Source: Parcubacteria bacterium C7867-006
GTDB lineage: Bacteria > Patescibacteriota > Minisyncoccia > Phycocordibacterales > DATDWN01
DNA: 64,000 nucleotides
Reading direction: 5' to 3'
Assembly (NCBI GenBank): GCA_001189155.1
Contig: LFCP01000004.1
Span: forward strand, 68,782 to 132,781
Positions 9,766 to 18,936 of this stretch are shown here, piece after piece. Each line of letters opens with the position of its first letter. Within the stretch, counting starts at the first letter, position 1. Both the position numbers and the translations under genes were made by a program. The notes under the pieces were generated by a model, which worked only from the letters and a program-made list of their open reading frames with translations, was not told where the DNA came from and did no database searches.

Positions 9766-10925
9766 ATTATTTGTGAATGTATTATACCGTCCTTAACTGA
9801 TATGTCTAACTCCTGACCTTTGGAAACATCTTTTATACTTTTTACGATTTTCCCACCACTTTTTACAATACTATAACCATAGGCCAACTGTCTTTCTGGG
9901 TTTGAAAGATCTAGAATTTTTTTAGATTGAACTAAAAACTCTAAACTATTTTCTAACATTTGCGAAAATCCTCTGATCAATTCTACTCCAATAGTTGCCA
10001 CACTATCTGATACTCTTTTTATTCCGTTCTCCATATGTACCATTGAATTTTCAATAACAGACTGATTCTCTCTCAAAACAGCCTGAAACTTTGAAAATAT
10101 TCTTTCTTCGCCTAACTGAACTAGAGACAATGCATCACTCCATGTTGAGTTTAAAAGATTAGCTACTGCCGTAGGGGTAGAAACATTCATATCTGAAACC
10201 ATAGAAACAATCGGCTCATCTTTATCGTGACCAATACCTGTTAAAACTGGCACAGGAAAATCAGCAACAGCTCTAACCAAAACTTCGTTATTAAATGCCT
10301 GAAATGACTCCAAAGAACCTCCCCCGCGCATTATTACTAAAACATCTATATCCTCGTTTTTGAGAGTGTTTATGGCCCCCAGAAGGTCTTTTATTGCATC
10401 CACCCCCTCTACTTTTGAATCCACAAACAGTATTTCAAATCCGAACTTTCCAATATTGGTTAGAAAGTCATTTATAACTGCACCACTACGAGAAGTTATG
10501 ACCCCAATTTTGTGTGGATACATTGGAATCTCTCTTTTTTTTGTAGGGGAAAATAATCCTTCTTTTTCTAGTTTTGTTTTCAGTTGATCATATGCGATTT
10601 TCAATGCACCTTCTCCCACAAGCTCAACAGCTTCTGTCTGCATAGTAAAACCACCATTCGGTTTATAAATACTAGGATACGCAGTAATAATAATCTCAAG
10701 GCCATCTTTCAATGGCACACCAGACAGAGTGAAATCTCTTTTCCACATAAAACATTTTAATGTGCCCTCTTCTTTCGTGTCTTTTATATTGAAATACAAA
10801 TAAGACCGACCTTCATACATCTGAAGACCTGAAACTTCGCCAACAATTTTAACTCTCTCTTGTTTTAAATTGGAGTTTAGTTTATCTATATACAAACCAA
10901 CTGGAACTATTTCTTTGCCTAACAT
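9762..10925 (-). CDS. xseA: exodeoxyribonuclease VII large subunit
   Basis: OB-fold N-terminus, conserved ITSRSGAVINDF / GGGSLE motifs. Confidence 0.85.
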   Translation of the reverse strand: MLGKEIVPVGLYIDKLNSNLKQERVKIVGEVSGLQMYEGRSYLYFNIKDTKEEGTLKCFMWKRDFTLSGVPLKDGLEIIITAYPSIYKPNGGFTMQTEAVELVGEGALKIAYDQLKTKLEKEGLFSPTKKREIPMYPHKIGVITSRSGAVINDFLTNIGKFGFEILFVDSKVEGVDAIKDLLGAINTLKNEDIDVLVIMRGGGSLESFQAFNNEVLVRAVADFPVPVLTGIGHDKDEPIVSMVSDMNVSTPTAVANLLNSTWSDALSLVQLGEERIFSKFQAVLRENQSVIENSMVHMENGIKRVSDSVATIGVELIRGFSQMLENSLEFLVQSKKILDLSNPERQLAYGYSIVKSGGKIVKSIKDVSKGQELDISVKDGIIHSQII

Positions 10926-10927
10926 AA

Positions 10928-11533
10928 TTATGCTTTTGTTTTATTTTTTCTTGAAACCCAGTACTCATAAACTGAAGGCAGAAGAGAAACAAAAATAATA
11001 AGAAATACCATATAGTGAAGATACTTCTCCACACCAGGCATAACTCTACCTAAATAAAAACCGATAGACGTAACGCCTATAGTCCAAAGAAATCCACCAA
11101 AAACAGAATCTATTGTGAATTTTTTAAACGACATATTTACTGCTCCTGCTAGAGTTGGCGCAAATGATCTGACAACAGGAACAAACCTTCCAATTATAAG
11201 CGTTTTATCTCCATATTTATTATAAAAATCCTGTGTGTAGTCCAAATGTTTCTTTTTGAACCAATATTTATCATTGCTTTTTAAAATAAAATTTCGAAGT
11301 CTCTCTCCCATAAAATAACTGAAGTTGTAACCCAAAATACTTGCGATAAAAAGAGTTGGTAGAAGTATTGCCATACTAAAGTAACCCTGTGATGCAAGAA
11401 AACCTGTAGTAAACAGAAGTGAATCACCTGGTAAATAAAAAGTAAGCGGAAAAGATTCAAGAAAAATAATTATAAAAAGAATAAAATATCCGTAATATCC
11501 AACGTCTTTTATGAGACCGATCAAATGTTCCAT
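10928..11533 (-). CDS. DedA/SNARE-associated family membrane protein
   Basis: FLESFPLTFYLPGDSLLFTTGFL DedA signature, multiple TM. Confidence 0.8.
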   Translation of the reverse strand: MEHLIGLIKDVGYYGYFILFIIIFLESFPLTFYLPGDSLLFTTGFLASQGYFSMAILLPTLFIASILGYNFSYFMGERLRNFILKSNDKYWFKKKHLDYTQDFYNKYGDKTLIIGRFVPVVRSFAPTLAGAVNMSFKKFTIDSVFGGFLWTIGVTSIGFYLGRVMPGVEKYLHYMVFLIIFVSLLPSVYEYWVSRKNKTKA

Positions 11534-11645
11534 GGGAGCTATTGTAACATAATTTTATGTAAAGAAATCAACACAAAGAGAAACTCCACACGAATGTAGG
11601 ACGTGGGAGTCCCTCATTTACGTGTGGAGTATGGCCAGCCGAGAG

Positions 11646-11786
11646 CTAACCACGAGTGAGGAAAGCGAGAAGAAGACCAGCGAGGAGAACCGCGCCAATC
11701 CAGAGCCAGTAGTTCGGCTTTTTCGTAGCCGAGTTCTGGATCTCACCACTTTCCGACGAATCGAGTCTGCCGAGCGTAACAGCCAT
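11646..11786 (-). CDS. small GC-rich tail-anchored membrane protein (46 aa; MAVTLGRLDSSESGEIQNSATKKPNYWLWIGAVLLAGLLLAFLTRG)
   Basis: strong SD AGGAGGGTG-ATG; C-terminal TM helix; GC-rich island 11590..11810; followed by 9-bp hairpin CTCCACACG...CGTGTGGAG plus TTT; not in ORF track (<60 aa). Confidence 0.35.
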   Translation of the reverse strand: MAVTLGRLDSSESGEIQNSATKKPNYWLWIGAVLLAGLLLAFLTRG

Positions 11787-11825
11787 CAGCACCCTCCTAG
11801 TATTAATGTTATCTAGTTAGAAAAT

Positions 11826-13070
11826 TTAGTCAATAAAGGTAAAAGCCTTTCCTTTTTTACCAGCTCTTCCTGTTCTTCCTATACGATGGACATAATCCTC
11901 ATACGTAGCTGGAATATCAAAGTTAATAACATGAGAAACTCCGGAAATGTCTAAACCTCTAGCAGCGACATCAGTTGCAACCAGCACCTGAGCCTTATCA
12001 TCTTTGAAAGTTTTTAATGCTCTTTGTCTAGCCGACTGGTTTTTGTCACCGTGAATAGATTCTGCTTTGAAACCTCTACCTTGTAGTAATGTTGTTAGCT
12101 TTTCAACTCCATGTTTTGTTCTACCAAAAATCAAAACTTTACTGAAATCTGGTTGAATTAACATTGAATGTAGAACATCTAGTTTATTTTCACCTCGATT
12201 TACTCGCACAACATCCTGATCAACATTTTTTGATGTATCTTGTGTCTTTACTGAAATAGAAACTGGATTTTTTAAGAAATCCTTTATAAGCATTTCAATC
12301 TCTCTAGATAATGTAGCTGAGAAAAACAAAGTGTGTCTGTCTTTAGGCATCATAGCCATCATAAACTTCATATCGTTTATAAATCCCATATCAAGCATTC
12401 TGTCAGCCTCATCCAAAACAACTGTTTTGAAAAATGATAGATTTAAAACTTTTCGTTCAATCAAATCTTTAAGTCTGCCTGGCGTACCAATAACAAACTC
12501 ATTTCTATATCGAAGCTGTCTTATTTGTGAACCGATAGGTGCACCTCCAACACATGAGACAGAATACAGCCCCATACCTTTTATAAAACCTTTTAGTTCA
12601 TCCTCTATTTGAAGTGCTAGCTCTCTTGTTGGACACATTATAAGAATATTTTCTTTTGGATTTGAAAGTACTTTGTGAATAAGAGGAATAAGAAAAGCAG
12701 CAGTCTTTCCTGTTCCTGTGTTTGCGATACCAACAATGTCTTCGCCTTTTAATATATGAGGAATAGCCCGATCCTGAATCGGTGTTGGATCAACATAACC
12801 TTTTTCAATAATGTTTGCTTTCAATCTTTCATCTATCAAAAAATCAGCAAACTTATGCTCAGGCACAAACTGCTCCACAGTCTCTGTTATAACTGCTTTA
12901 TTAACGAATTTAGATGGATGAATACTAGTTGAGACCCCTCGGCCTCTACCACCTCCACTTCTGTTACCACCACGAACTGGAAATCTTCCTCGACTTCCAC
13001 TTGAGCGACCTGCAAACGCAGGCTTTTTAAAAGTCCGCGTAAGCGCACCTTTCTGTATTTTTGATTGCAT
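11826..13070 (-). CDS. DEAD-box ATP-dependent RNA helicase with N-terminal RGG-rich tail
   Basis: Q-motif PTPIQ, GTGKTAAF, DEAD, SAT, HRIGRTGRAG. Confidence 0.9.
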   Translation of the reverse strand: MQSKIQKGALTRTFKKPAFAGRSSGSRGRFPVRGGNRSGGGRGRGVSTSIHPSKFVNKAVITETVEQFVPEHKFADFLIDERLKANIIEKGYVDPTPIQDRAIPHILKGEDIVGIANTGTGKTAAFLIPLIHKVLSNPKENILIMCPTRELALQIEDELKGFIKGMGLYSVSCVGGAPIGSQIRQLRYRNEFVIGTPGRLKDLIERKVLNLSFFKTVVLDEADRMLDMGFINDMKFMMAMMPKDRHTLFFSATLSREIEMLIKDFLKNPVSISVKTQDTSKNVDQDVVRVNRGENKLDVLHSMLIQPDFSKVLIFGRTKHGVEKLTTLLQGRGFKAESIHGDKNQSARQRALKTFKDDKAQVLVATDVAARGLDISGVSHVINFDIPATYEDYVHRIGRTGRAGKKGKAFTFID

Positions 13071-13188
13071 TAAATTAAATTGAGTGCGAGCCCGAAGGTC
13101 TCTTCATCTCAATTAGTAAATAAATAAGTAGAGAAGACTCAATACAAAGTACTATATACTACACAGACATTTTTGTCAATTATATCAC

Positions 13189-13217
13189 TTGACATATATC
13201 AAATAATGTCATAGAAT
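13189..13217 (+). promoter_or_regulatory. sigma70-type promoter TTGACA-17nt-TAGAAT for GC-rich gene 13297..14184
   Basis: consensus -35, 17-nt spacer, good -10, in AT-rich leader; AGGAG SD 6 nt before ATG. Confidence 0.35.
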
Positions 13218-13296
13218 TAGAAATAGATTCGTATGTAGTTGGTCGCCTCGATGACGAGGTGAGACTACAAACGAAGCTCTCTGTCAGGAGTTGTAG

Positions 13297-14184
13297 ATGC
13301 GTATCGCACGCTCGCTCGCTCTCGTTCTGTTGGTGTTTCTGTCGGCAACCAACGCTTTCGCCCAGAAGGGTGAATACGCTGTGCCGAAGGACGCCCAGCT
13401 CGAACAATATCCGGTACTCGAGGCCAACAAGCCTCTGACCGTGGTGCAGATCGCAGACATGCACTTGCATCCGATCCGGTTGGACAAACCGACCGTGGTT
13501 CAGAACCACTTCCGTGGACTACACGGAAAGGAAGGTCGATTCGTCGTCGAGACGTTGCCGAAAGGCACACTCGTTCTCGTCGACGAAAACAACAACCTCC
13601 GTTACAAGGAGGACTGCGGGAACCGGTTGGTGGAGTTCGACAATCAAGCACTCGTTCGGGGAATCATTTCCTCTGACAAGTTGTCTGAACCTGTTGTTGT
13701 CCACGATGGTGACACGCTGATTGTGTCGCCCGACAGTACGAAAGTCATCCCGGCAAAACCGATGATGAGTCTGTGGGATACAGTAGCTTCTACCGTTCGT
13801 AGAGGTGTTGAGTGGCTTACGCCATTTGCACATTTCATCGGATGGCTGCTACTTGCGATTCTCCTCTTCGGTATCATCTGGGCCGTCATCATGGCTGGCC
13901 TCGAGGATAGGGATAGGAGACGATACAATCGCAACCAGATGGTTGGTGATCAAACACACCCATCGCACCCGGCCGCGACTGTCCCGCCTCCTGCCCCAAA
14001 TGCCCCCGCAGCGACGACACCGGCAGCAGCTCCGGCCAATACTGAAAGGGCGTTTATCACCCACTCTGCTGGTAGCGGCTCAAATCCGCACCTTCTGCGG
14101 TGGGGAGGCTTGGACTTCCACAGCCTCGAGGTGGCACCGGACGGGGTTCACTCCCTGCGGTACCATCCCAGGACCAGTAAGTAG
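13297..14184 (+). CDS. GC-rich secreted, membrane-anchored protein of unknown function (signal peptide, ectodomain, one TM, Pro/Ala-rich tail)
   Basis: 295-aa ORF at about 57% GC; signal peptide MRIARSLALVLLVFLSATNAFAQ; TM LLLAILLFGIIWAVIMAGL; own promoter, SD and terminator. Confidence 0.55.
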   Translation: MRIARSLALVLLVFLSATNAFAQKGEYAVPKDAQLEQYPVLEANKPLTVVQIADMHLHPIRLDKPTVVQNHFRGLHGKEGRFVVETLPKGTLVLVDENNNLRYKEDCGNRLVEFDNQALVRGIISSDKLSEPVVVHDGDTLIVSPDSTKVIPAKPMMSLWDTVASTVRRGVEWLTPFAHFIGWLLLAILLFGIIWAVIMAGLEDRDRRRYNRNQMVGDQTHPSHPAATVPPPAPNAPAATTPAAAPANTERAFITHSAGSGSNPHLLRWGGLDFHSLEVAPDGVHSLRYHPRTSK

Positions 14185-14235
14185 ACACGAGTTCTTCCGC
14201 CACCTGACGGCATCAGGTAGAGCATTCCACTCGAC

Positions 14236-14264
14236 ACGGCAGACCAACAAGGTCTGCCGTTTTT
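14236..14264. terminator. perfect 10-bp hairpin ACGGCAGACC-aacaa-GGTCTGCCGT plus TTTT, bidirectional
   Basis: seen directly between convergent genes. Confidence 0.55.
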
Positions 14265-14276
14265 AGTACTTAAACT

Positions 14277-14786
14277 TTACCTAAAAAGTGCCCAGGATTT
14301 TTTTGCATGATCAAGATAGTAATCTAGACCAATCATACCCGCTGTTTTGTGAGCTAACATAATAAAGATAGCTAAAACCAATAACTGAGGATTTGTACTT
14401 ACTGTACCAGCAAAGAGATAGTTTAGATTCATAAACGCTCCAAATAAAGCGGCTAGGAACGTTAATGCACCGAAGATAAGGCCTAGACCTACAAGAATCT
14501 CTCCGTAGGTTATTGCATGTGACCAAATGTTCGCATATGGAAGAACTGCATGTTGCAAAAACCAAGCATACCAACCTGATACATCCGGGTGAATACCAGT
14601 TGTTTTTGCTAGCGCCCCATTTGCAAAACCAGTTATCGCAACACCAGCCTTCTCCCCAATCCAAACTGGATTAATTAATTTTTCATAACCAGCATAAAGC
14701 CATTCCCAACCAACATAAACACGAACAATTAGCCAAACCCATGAAAGTTTTGGACTAGTAAAGATAGAACTAAAAAAAGTTTTCAT
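14277..14786 (-). CDS. DoxX/DoxD-like family membrane protein
   Basis: 4 TM, DoxX-like RVYVGWEWLYAGYEKL N-terminus. Confidence 0.5.
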   Translation of the reverse strand: MKTFFSSIFTSPKLSWVWLIVRVYVGWEWLYAGYEKLINPVWIGEKAGVAITGFANGALAKTTGIHPDVSGWYAWFLQHAVLPYANIWSHAITYGEILVGLGLIFGALTFLAALFGAFMNLNYLFAGTVSTNPQLLVLAIFIMLAHKTAGMIGLDYYLDHAKKSWALFR

Positions 14787-14864
14787 ATTTAATTAGATAA
14801 ATTAATAAAAGTAAACCTTGCAATATTAAGTATATCAAGGTTTAATTCATACAACACAAAACTT

Positions 14865-16115
14865 ATGCACAAACACGAAGAAACGATCTGGGATGTTGTT
14901 GTTATTGGTGGTGGACCTTCTGGAATGATGGCTGCTGGGAAAGCTGGTTCTTTAGGTAAAAAAGTTTTACTTATAGAAAAAAATGAATCACTGGGCAAAA
15001 AACTTCTAATTACTGGAGGAGGTAGATGCAATGTTACAAATGCAGAAGAAGATTTACGAAAATTACTCTCTCAATTTAAAGATTCTGACAAATTCCTATT
15101 TTCTGCTTTTTCACAGTTTTCAAACATAGATACTTTAGAGTTTTTTAACTCTCGTGGAATGGAAACAAAAGTAGAGGCAAAAGGTCGCGTATTCCCTATC
15201 TCAAATAAAGCGCAATCTGTCTGGGACGTTCTACTTCAATACTTAAAAACAAACAACGTAACCATCAAATCAAATTGCCCTGTAGTTGAAATTGAAACTG
15301 ATGATAACAAAATTAGTAATATTATTTTAAAAGATAAAACAAAAATATTTTCAAAGTCCTTTATATTATCAACAGGCGGTAAATCCCATCCAGAAACAGG
15401 TTCAACTGGTGATGGTTTTAAATGGTTAGAACAAATAGGTCACAAAGTTATAGAGCCAACTGCATCCCTAGTTCCAATTGAAACAGAGGAAGCTTGGGTT
15501 AAAAAACTTCAAGGAGTTAGTCTAGAAAACACAAAAATAACAATTCTCCAAAATGATATAAAACAAGAAACTAAAAAAGGAAAAATCCTTTTTACACATT
15601 TTGGATTATCTGGCCCGACAATACTGAATATGAGTGGTGAAATAGGAGAGCTCCTAAAATATGGCGATGTTTTTCTATCACTAGATATGTTACCGGATCT
15701 GGACTATGGACAACTTAATATAAAATTACAAGAAATATTTAAAGAAAAAAGTAATAAGAAATTTAAAAATACTCTAGATTCACTTCTTCCATCAGCTATT
15801 GCCCCTGTGGTCATAGAAATATCAGGAATAAACGGAGAAACTCCATCTCACAGTATCACCAGAGAAGAAAGACTACACTTAGTTCAAACTCTAAAAGATA
15901 TAAAAATAACAGTAGTGGGTCTGCTTGGTGAAGATAAAGCTATAGTTACTTCAGGTGGAGTCTCTCTAGAAGAAGTTGATTTTAAAACAATGTCTTCAAA
16001 ACTTTATCCGAACCTCTACTTAACTGGCGACATACTAAATATAGATAGACCAAGTGGTGGTTATAGTTTACAACTTTGTTGGACTACAGGTTTTGTTGCA
16101 GGTTCAAACGCTTAG
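14865..16115 (+). CDS. FAD-dependent flavoprotein, HI0933/BaiN family
   Basis: VVVIGGGPSGMMAA Rossmann, ITGGGRCNVTN family motif. Confidence 0.8.
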   Translation: MHKHEETIWDVVVIGGGPSGMMAAGKAGSLGKKVLLIEKNESLGKKLLITGGGRCNVTNAEEDLRKLLSQFKDSDKFLFSAFSQFSNIDTLEFFNSRGMETKVEAKGRVFPISNKAQSVWDVLLQYLKTNNVTIKSNCPVVEIETDDNKISNIILKDKTKIFSKSFILSTGGKSHPETGSTGDGFKWLEQIGHKVIEPTASLVPIETEEAWVKKLQGVSLENTKITILQNDIKQETKKGKILFTHFGLSGPTILNMSGEIGELLKYGDVFLSLDMLPDLDYGQLNIKLQEIFKEKSNKKFKNTLDSLLPSAIAPVVIEISGINGETPSHSITREERLHLVQTLKDIKITVVGLLGEDKAIVTSGGVSLEEVDFKTMSSKLYPNLYLTGDILNIDRPSGGYSLQLCWTTGFVAGSNA

Positions 16116-16540
16116 CCAATTAACGGATTGACTCTAGCCTTGATTGACCACATTTTTAATTCCGTAACAAGTTTTTTATAATCTGGCAGAGTTTCCCCGA
16201 CAAGATCCCAAAAATTTTGAGAATGGTTAAACTGACCTATATGACAGAGCTCATGAACAATAACATAGTCAGAGAGATGTGAAGGCAATAAAGCAATTTT
16301 ATAATTAAAATTTAAATTACCTTTACTAGAACAACTACCCCAACGGCTTTTTTGATTTCTAATGGATATTTTCCCAAACTTTAAATTATAGTGTTGATTA
16401 AAATACTCCAGACGTTGAGTTGCTAAAATCCTGGCAGATTCTTTGTGCTCTAAATATTTTTTACTAACTCTTTTTTTAGTTTTTCTTTTTATTCTAACAA
16501 CTCTAAACCGTCTTAAATAAAAACGAATAATTTTTTGCAT
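16112..16540 (-). CDS. YgjP/DUF45 (SprT-like) zinc metallohydrolase
   Basis: HELCH HExxH motif, WGSCS motif typical of DUF45. Confidence 0.7.
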   Translation of the reverse strand: MQKIIRFYLRRFRVVRIKRKTKKRVSKKYLEHKESARILATQRLEYFNQHYNLKFGKISIRNQKSRWGSCSSKGNLNFNYKIALLPSHLSDYVIVHELCHIGQFNHSQNFWDLVGETLPDYKKLVTELKMWSIKARVNPLIG

Positions 16541-16550
16541 TACCTATATA

Positions 16551-17651
16551 CTAGAGAGACTTCGCGTTGAGAATTAAATCCTGATAAATATCTATAAGTA
16601 CAAAAAATACTGCGACCACTATCGGTCCGAATATAAATCCTATTGGTCCAAAGAAAGCCAAACCACCCAGCACAGCAAAAAGCATAATAAGTTGATGAAT
16701 CTCTACACTCCTAGAATAAATGTATGGTGAAAGAAGATTGTCTATCAAACTAACTCCCAAAACCCACCACAGTATCAATCCCAACATATGTGGAATGTTT
16801 CCAGAAAAATAACTGTATATTATCGCTGGAACAAAAGTGATAGTTGTGCCTAGACCTGGAACCAAACTAGCGACAGCAGAAACGGCCCCCCACAATGTTG
16901 GGTTAGGAATACCAAAAATCCACATACCAAATCCGGACAGCACTCCTTGGATTATCGCTATAAGTAAAACACTAACAAATGTAGTATTTACAGTTTGTTT
17001 TACCTTCAAAGAAATCTGCTCATCGTATTTATCATTTAGCGGGCTCAAATCCATTAATATACCTTTGAATTTTTCCCCGTCTCTTAAGAAAAAGAAAAGT
17101 GAGAAAAATATGAGCACAATATCGGTGATTATATTAAATACAGAAGAAAGTATAGTTGTTAGGTGCCCCGTTATCCAATCTGCACCAATAGAAGCTAACT
17201 CCCCAACATTTATAGAAAATTCTGGAGAAAATTTTTGTATAGGTTTTTCTATTGCATTAGAAATCTTCTGAACGTAGTCAATCTCGGAGTTGTTTGTTAG
17301 TTGAGCATAAATACTTTTTGACTCATCCAGCAGTTTGAATGTCAGAAAAACAGATGGAGTTAAAACTGTTACCATAAAACACAAAACCAAAATAAATGCA
17401 GACAAACCGTTTCTTCCACCCAATCTTCTAGAAAGTCTTTTTTGTAGAGGAGAAAGAACTATTGCAAATATGGCCGACAGAACAATAACCTCCAAAAAAG
17501 GTAAAAATATAAAAAATACTAGAGCAGTAGAAATAAAAAGCAGTCCAATAAAAAAATATTTTTGAAGAGAGTCTTTATCCATAAAAAAATTATACCACAA
17601 AATTAAAATAAAATAATAATTTTGTCTTAAAAAGTTATCAACATCAAACAT
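16551..17651 (-). CDS. AI-2E family transporter (PerM/UPF0118)
   Basis: 8 TM topology and family-conserved C-terminal region. Confidence 0.8.
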   Translation of the reverse strand: MFDVDNFLRQNYYFILILWYNFFMDKDSLQKYFFIGLLFISTALVFFIFLPFLEVIVLSAIFAIVLSPLQKRLSRRLGGRNGLSAFILVLCFMVTVLTPSVFLTFKLLDESKSIYAQLTNNSEIDYVQKISNAIEKPIQKFSPEFSINVGELASIGADWITGHLTTILSSVFNIITDIVLIFFSLFFFLRDGEKFKGILMDLSPLNDKYDEQISLKVKQTVNTTFVSVLLIAIIQGVLSGFGMWIFGIPNPTLWGAVSAVASLVPGLGTTITFVPAIIYSYFSGNIPHMLGLILWWVLGVSLIDNLLSPYIYSRSVEIHQLIMLFAVLGGLAFFGPIGFIFGPIVVAVFFVLIDIYQDLILNAKSL

Positions 17652-17676
17652 TGATAAAGGTTAATAAGTTGATATT

Positions 17677-17937
17677 ATGGTTATACATATGGCAAACCTT
17701 TTTATCACAATCAAACAAGCATCAAAAATACTGGGAGTTTCCCCTCTTACACTGCGAAACTGGGACAACAACGGAAAACTAAAGGCTCATAGGCACCCTA
17801 TGAACAACTATCGTGTTTATAAAATAGAAGATCTTGAAACTGTTATACGGGACATAGAGGCTGGTACTGGCAGAAGAATCAGCACAAAGAAAGAAATCAA
17901 GAAATTGATTGTTAAGCATTTAAGGGATGATGAGTAA
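17677..17937 (+). CDS. MerR/excisionase-family HTH DNA-binding protein
   Basis: ITIKQASKILGVSPLTLRNWDNNGKL HTH. Confidence 0.5.
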   Translation: MVIHMANLFITIKQASKILGVSPLTLRNWDNNGKLKAHRHPMNNYRVYKIEDLETVIRDIEAGTGRRISTKKEIKKLIVKHLRDDE

Positions 17938-17951
17938 ATTGTTTTGAGATT

Positions 17952-18329
17952 CTATTTTTTCTCTTCTAAGTCCAAACAGACCGAGTTAAGACAGTACCTC
18001 ATTCCTGTATCAGTTGGTCCATCATTAAATACGTGACCCAAGTGTGATCCACATTTACTACAGACAACCTCTACTCTGTGCATACCCATAGTATCATCTG
18101 GGATCTCTTTTACTGCACCAGGAAGTGCCTGATCAAAAGAAGGCCAACCTGTTCCAGAATCAAACTTTGCCTCTGAAGAAAACAAGTCCTGCCCACAGAC
18201 TTTGCATTTGTACATTCCATCTCTGTCATCGTGTAAAAGTTTGCCGGAAAAAGGAGCTTCTGTGCCCTTTTCTCTCAAAACAGCATACTCCTCTGGTGTT
18301 AATTTTGCTTTTATTTCTTCTTCATTCAT
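17952..18329 (-). CDS. msrB: peptide methionine sulfoxide reductase B
   Basis: two CxxC zinc pairs, GWPSF, catalytic RVEVVCSKCGSHLGHVF. Confidence 0.9.
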   Translation of the reverse strand: MNEEEIKAKLTPEEYAVLREKGTEAPFSGKLLHDDRDGMYKCKVCGQDLFSSEAKFDSGTGWPSFDQALPGAVKEIPDDTMGMHRVEVVCSKCGSHLGHVFNDGPTDTGMRYCLNSVCLDLEEKK

Positions 18330-18877
18330 ATTTGTTGAGATTTATTTGATAACAGATTACCGAAATTTTTTACAACTTTTTCAAGTTTTGGGTTTATAAC
18401 TAGTTCACAATACGGTGCGTCTTTGTTTCTCTCATAATAATCCTTATGATAATTCTCTGCTACATAAAAAACATCGAGAGGAGCAACCTCTGTAACCACA
18501 GGTTTTCCATCCTTACTTGATTCATTGATTTCCTTTATAAAATCCTCAGCAGTTTGTTTTTGCTCAGGGGTTGTATAGAAAATAACTGAACGATATTGAG
18601 TTCCAACATCATTACCCTGCCTATTAACAGTTGTTGGATCGTGACTACCAAAAAATACTGTTAAAAGATCTCTATAGGTAATCTGACTAGGATCAAACTC
18701 TACTTGAGTACATTCTGCGTGTCCCGTTGTCCCACTACAAACCTGCTCATAAGTTGGATTTGGAACTGTTCCACCAGAATATCCAGGTAAAACAGAAGAA
18801 ACACCTTTTAGCATCTTGAAAACTGCTTCTGTGCACCAGAAACATCCACCTCCAAATACAGCGATTTCTTTTTTCAT
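18326..18877 (-). CDS. msrA: peptide methionine sulfoxide reductase A
   Basis: GGGCFWC active site; overlaps msrB by 4 nt (operon). Confidence 0.9.
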   Translation of the reverse strand: MKKEIAVFGGGCFWCTEAVFKMLKGVSSVLPGYSGGTVPNPTYEQVCSGTTGHAECTQVEFDPSQITYRDLLTVFFGSHDPTTVNRQGNDVGTQYRSVIFYTTPEQKQTAEDFIKEINESSKDGKPVVTEVAPLDVFYVAENYHKDYYERNKDAPYCELVINPKLEKVVKNFGNLLSNKSQQI

Positions 18878-18882
18878 AATCT

Positions 18883-18930
18883 AATTATAATACAAAAACC
18901 ACTAATTTAGTGGTTTTTGTATTATAATTA
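18883..18930. terminator. 48-nt near-perfect palindrome TAATTATAATACAAAAACCACTAAT/TAGTGGTTTTTGTATTATAATTA
   Basis: seen directly between cyt-b5 gene end and msrA start. Confidence 0.5.
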
Positions 18931-18936
18931 GAATTT

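Noticed and set aside
13180-14266. Multiple overlapping ORFs (13180..13509, 13265..13651, 13519..13833, 13644..13934, 13805..14266, 13849..14064) around the GC-rich gene
   Set aside because: All are alternative-frame or antisense products of GC-rich DNA with Arg/Ser/Cys-rich composition. Only 13297..14184 has a signal peptide, TM helix, SD, promoter and terminator.
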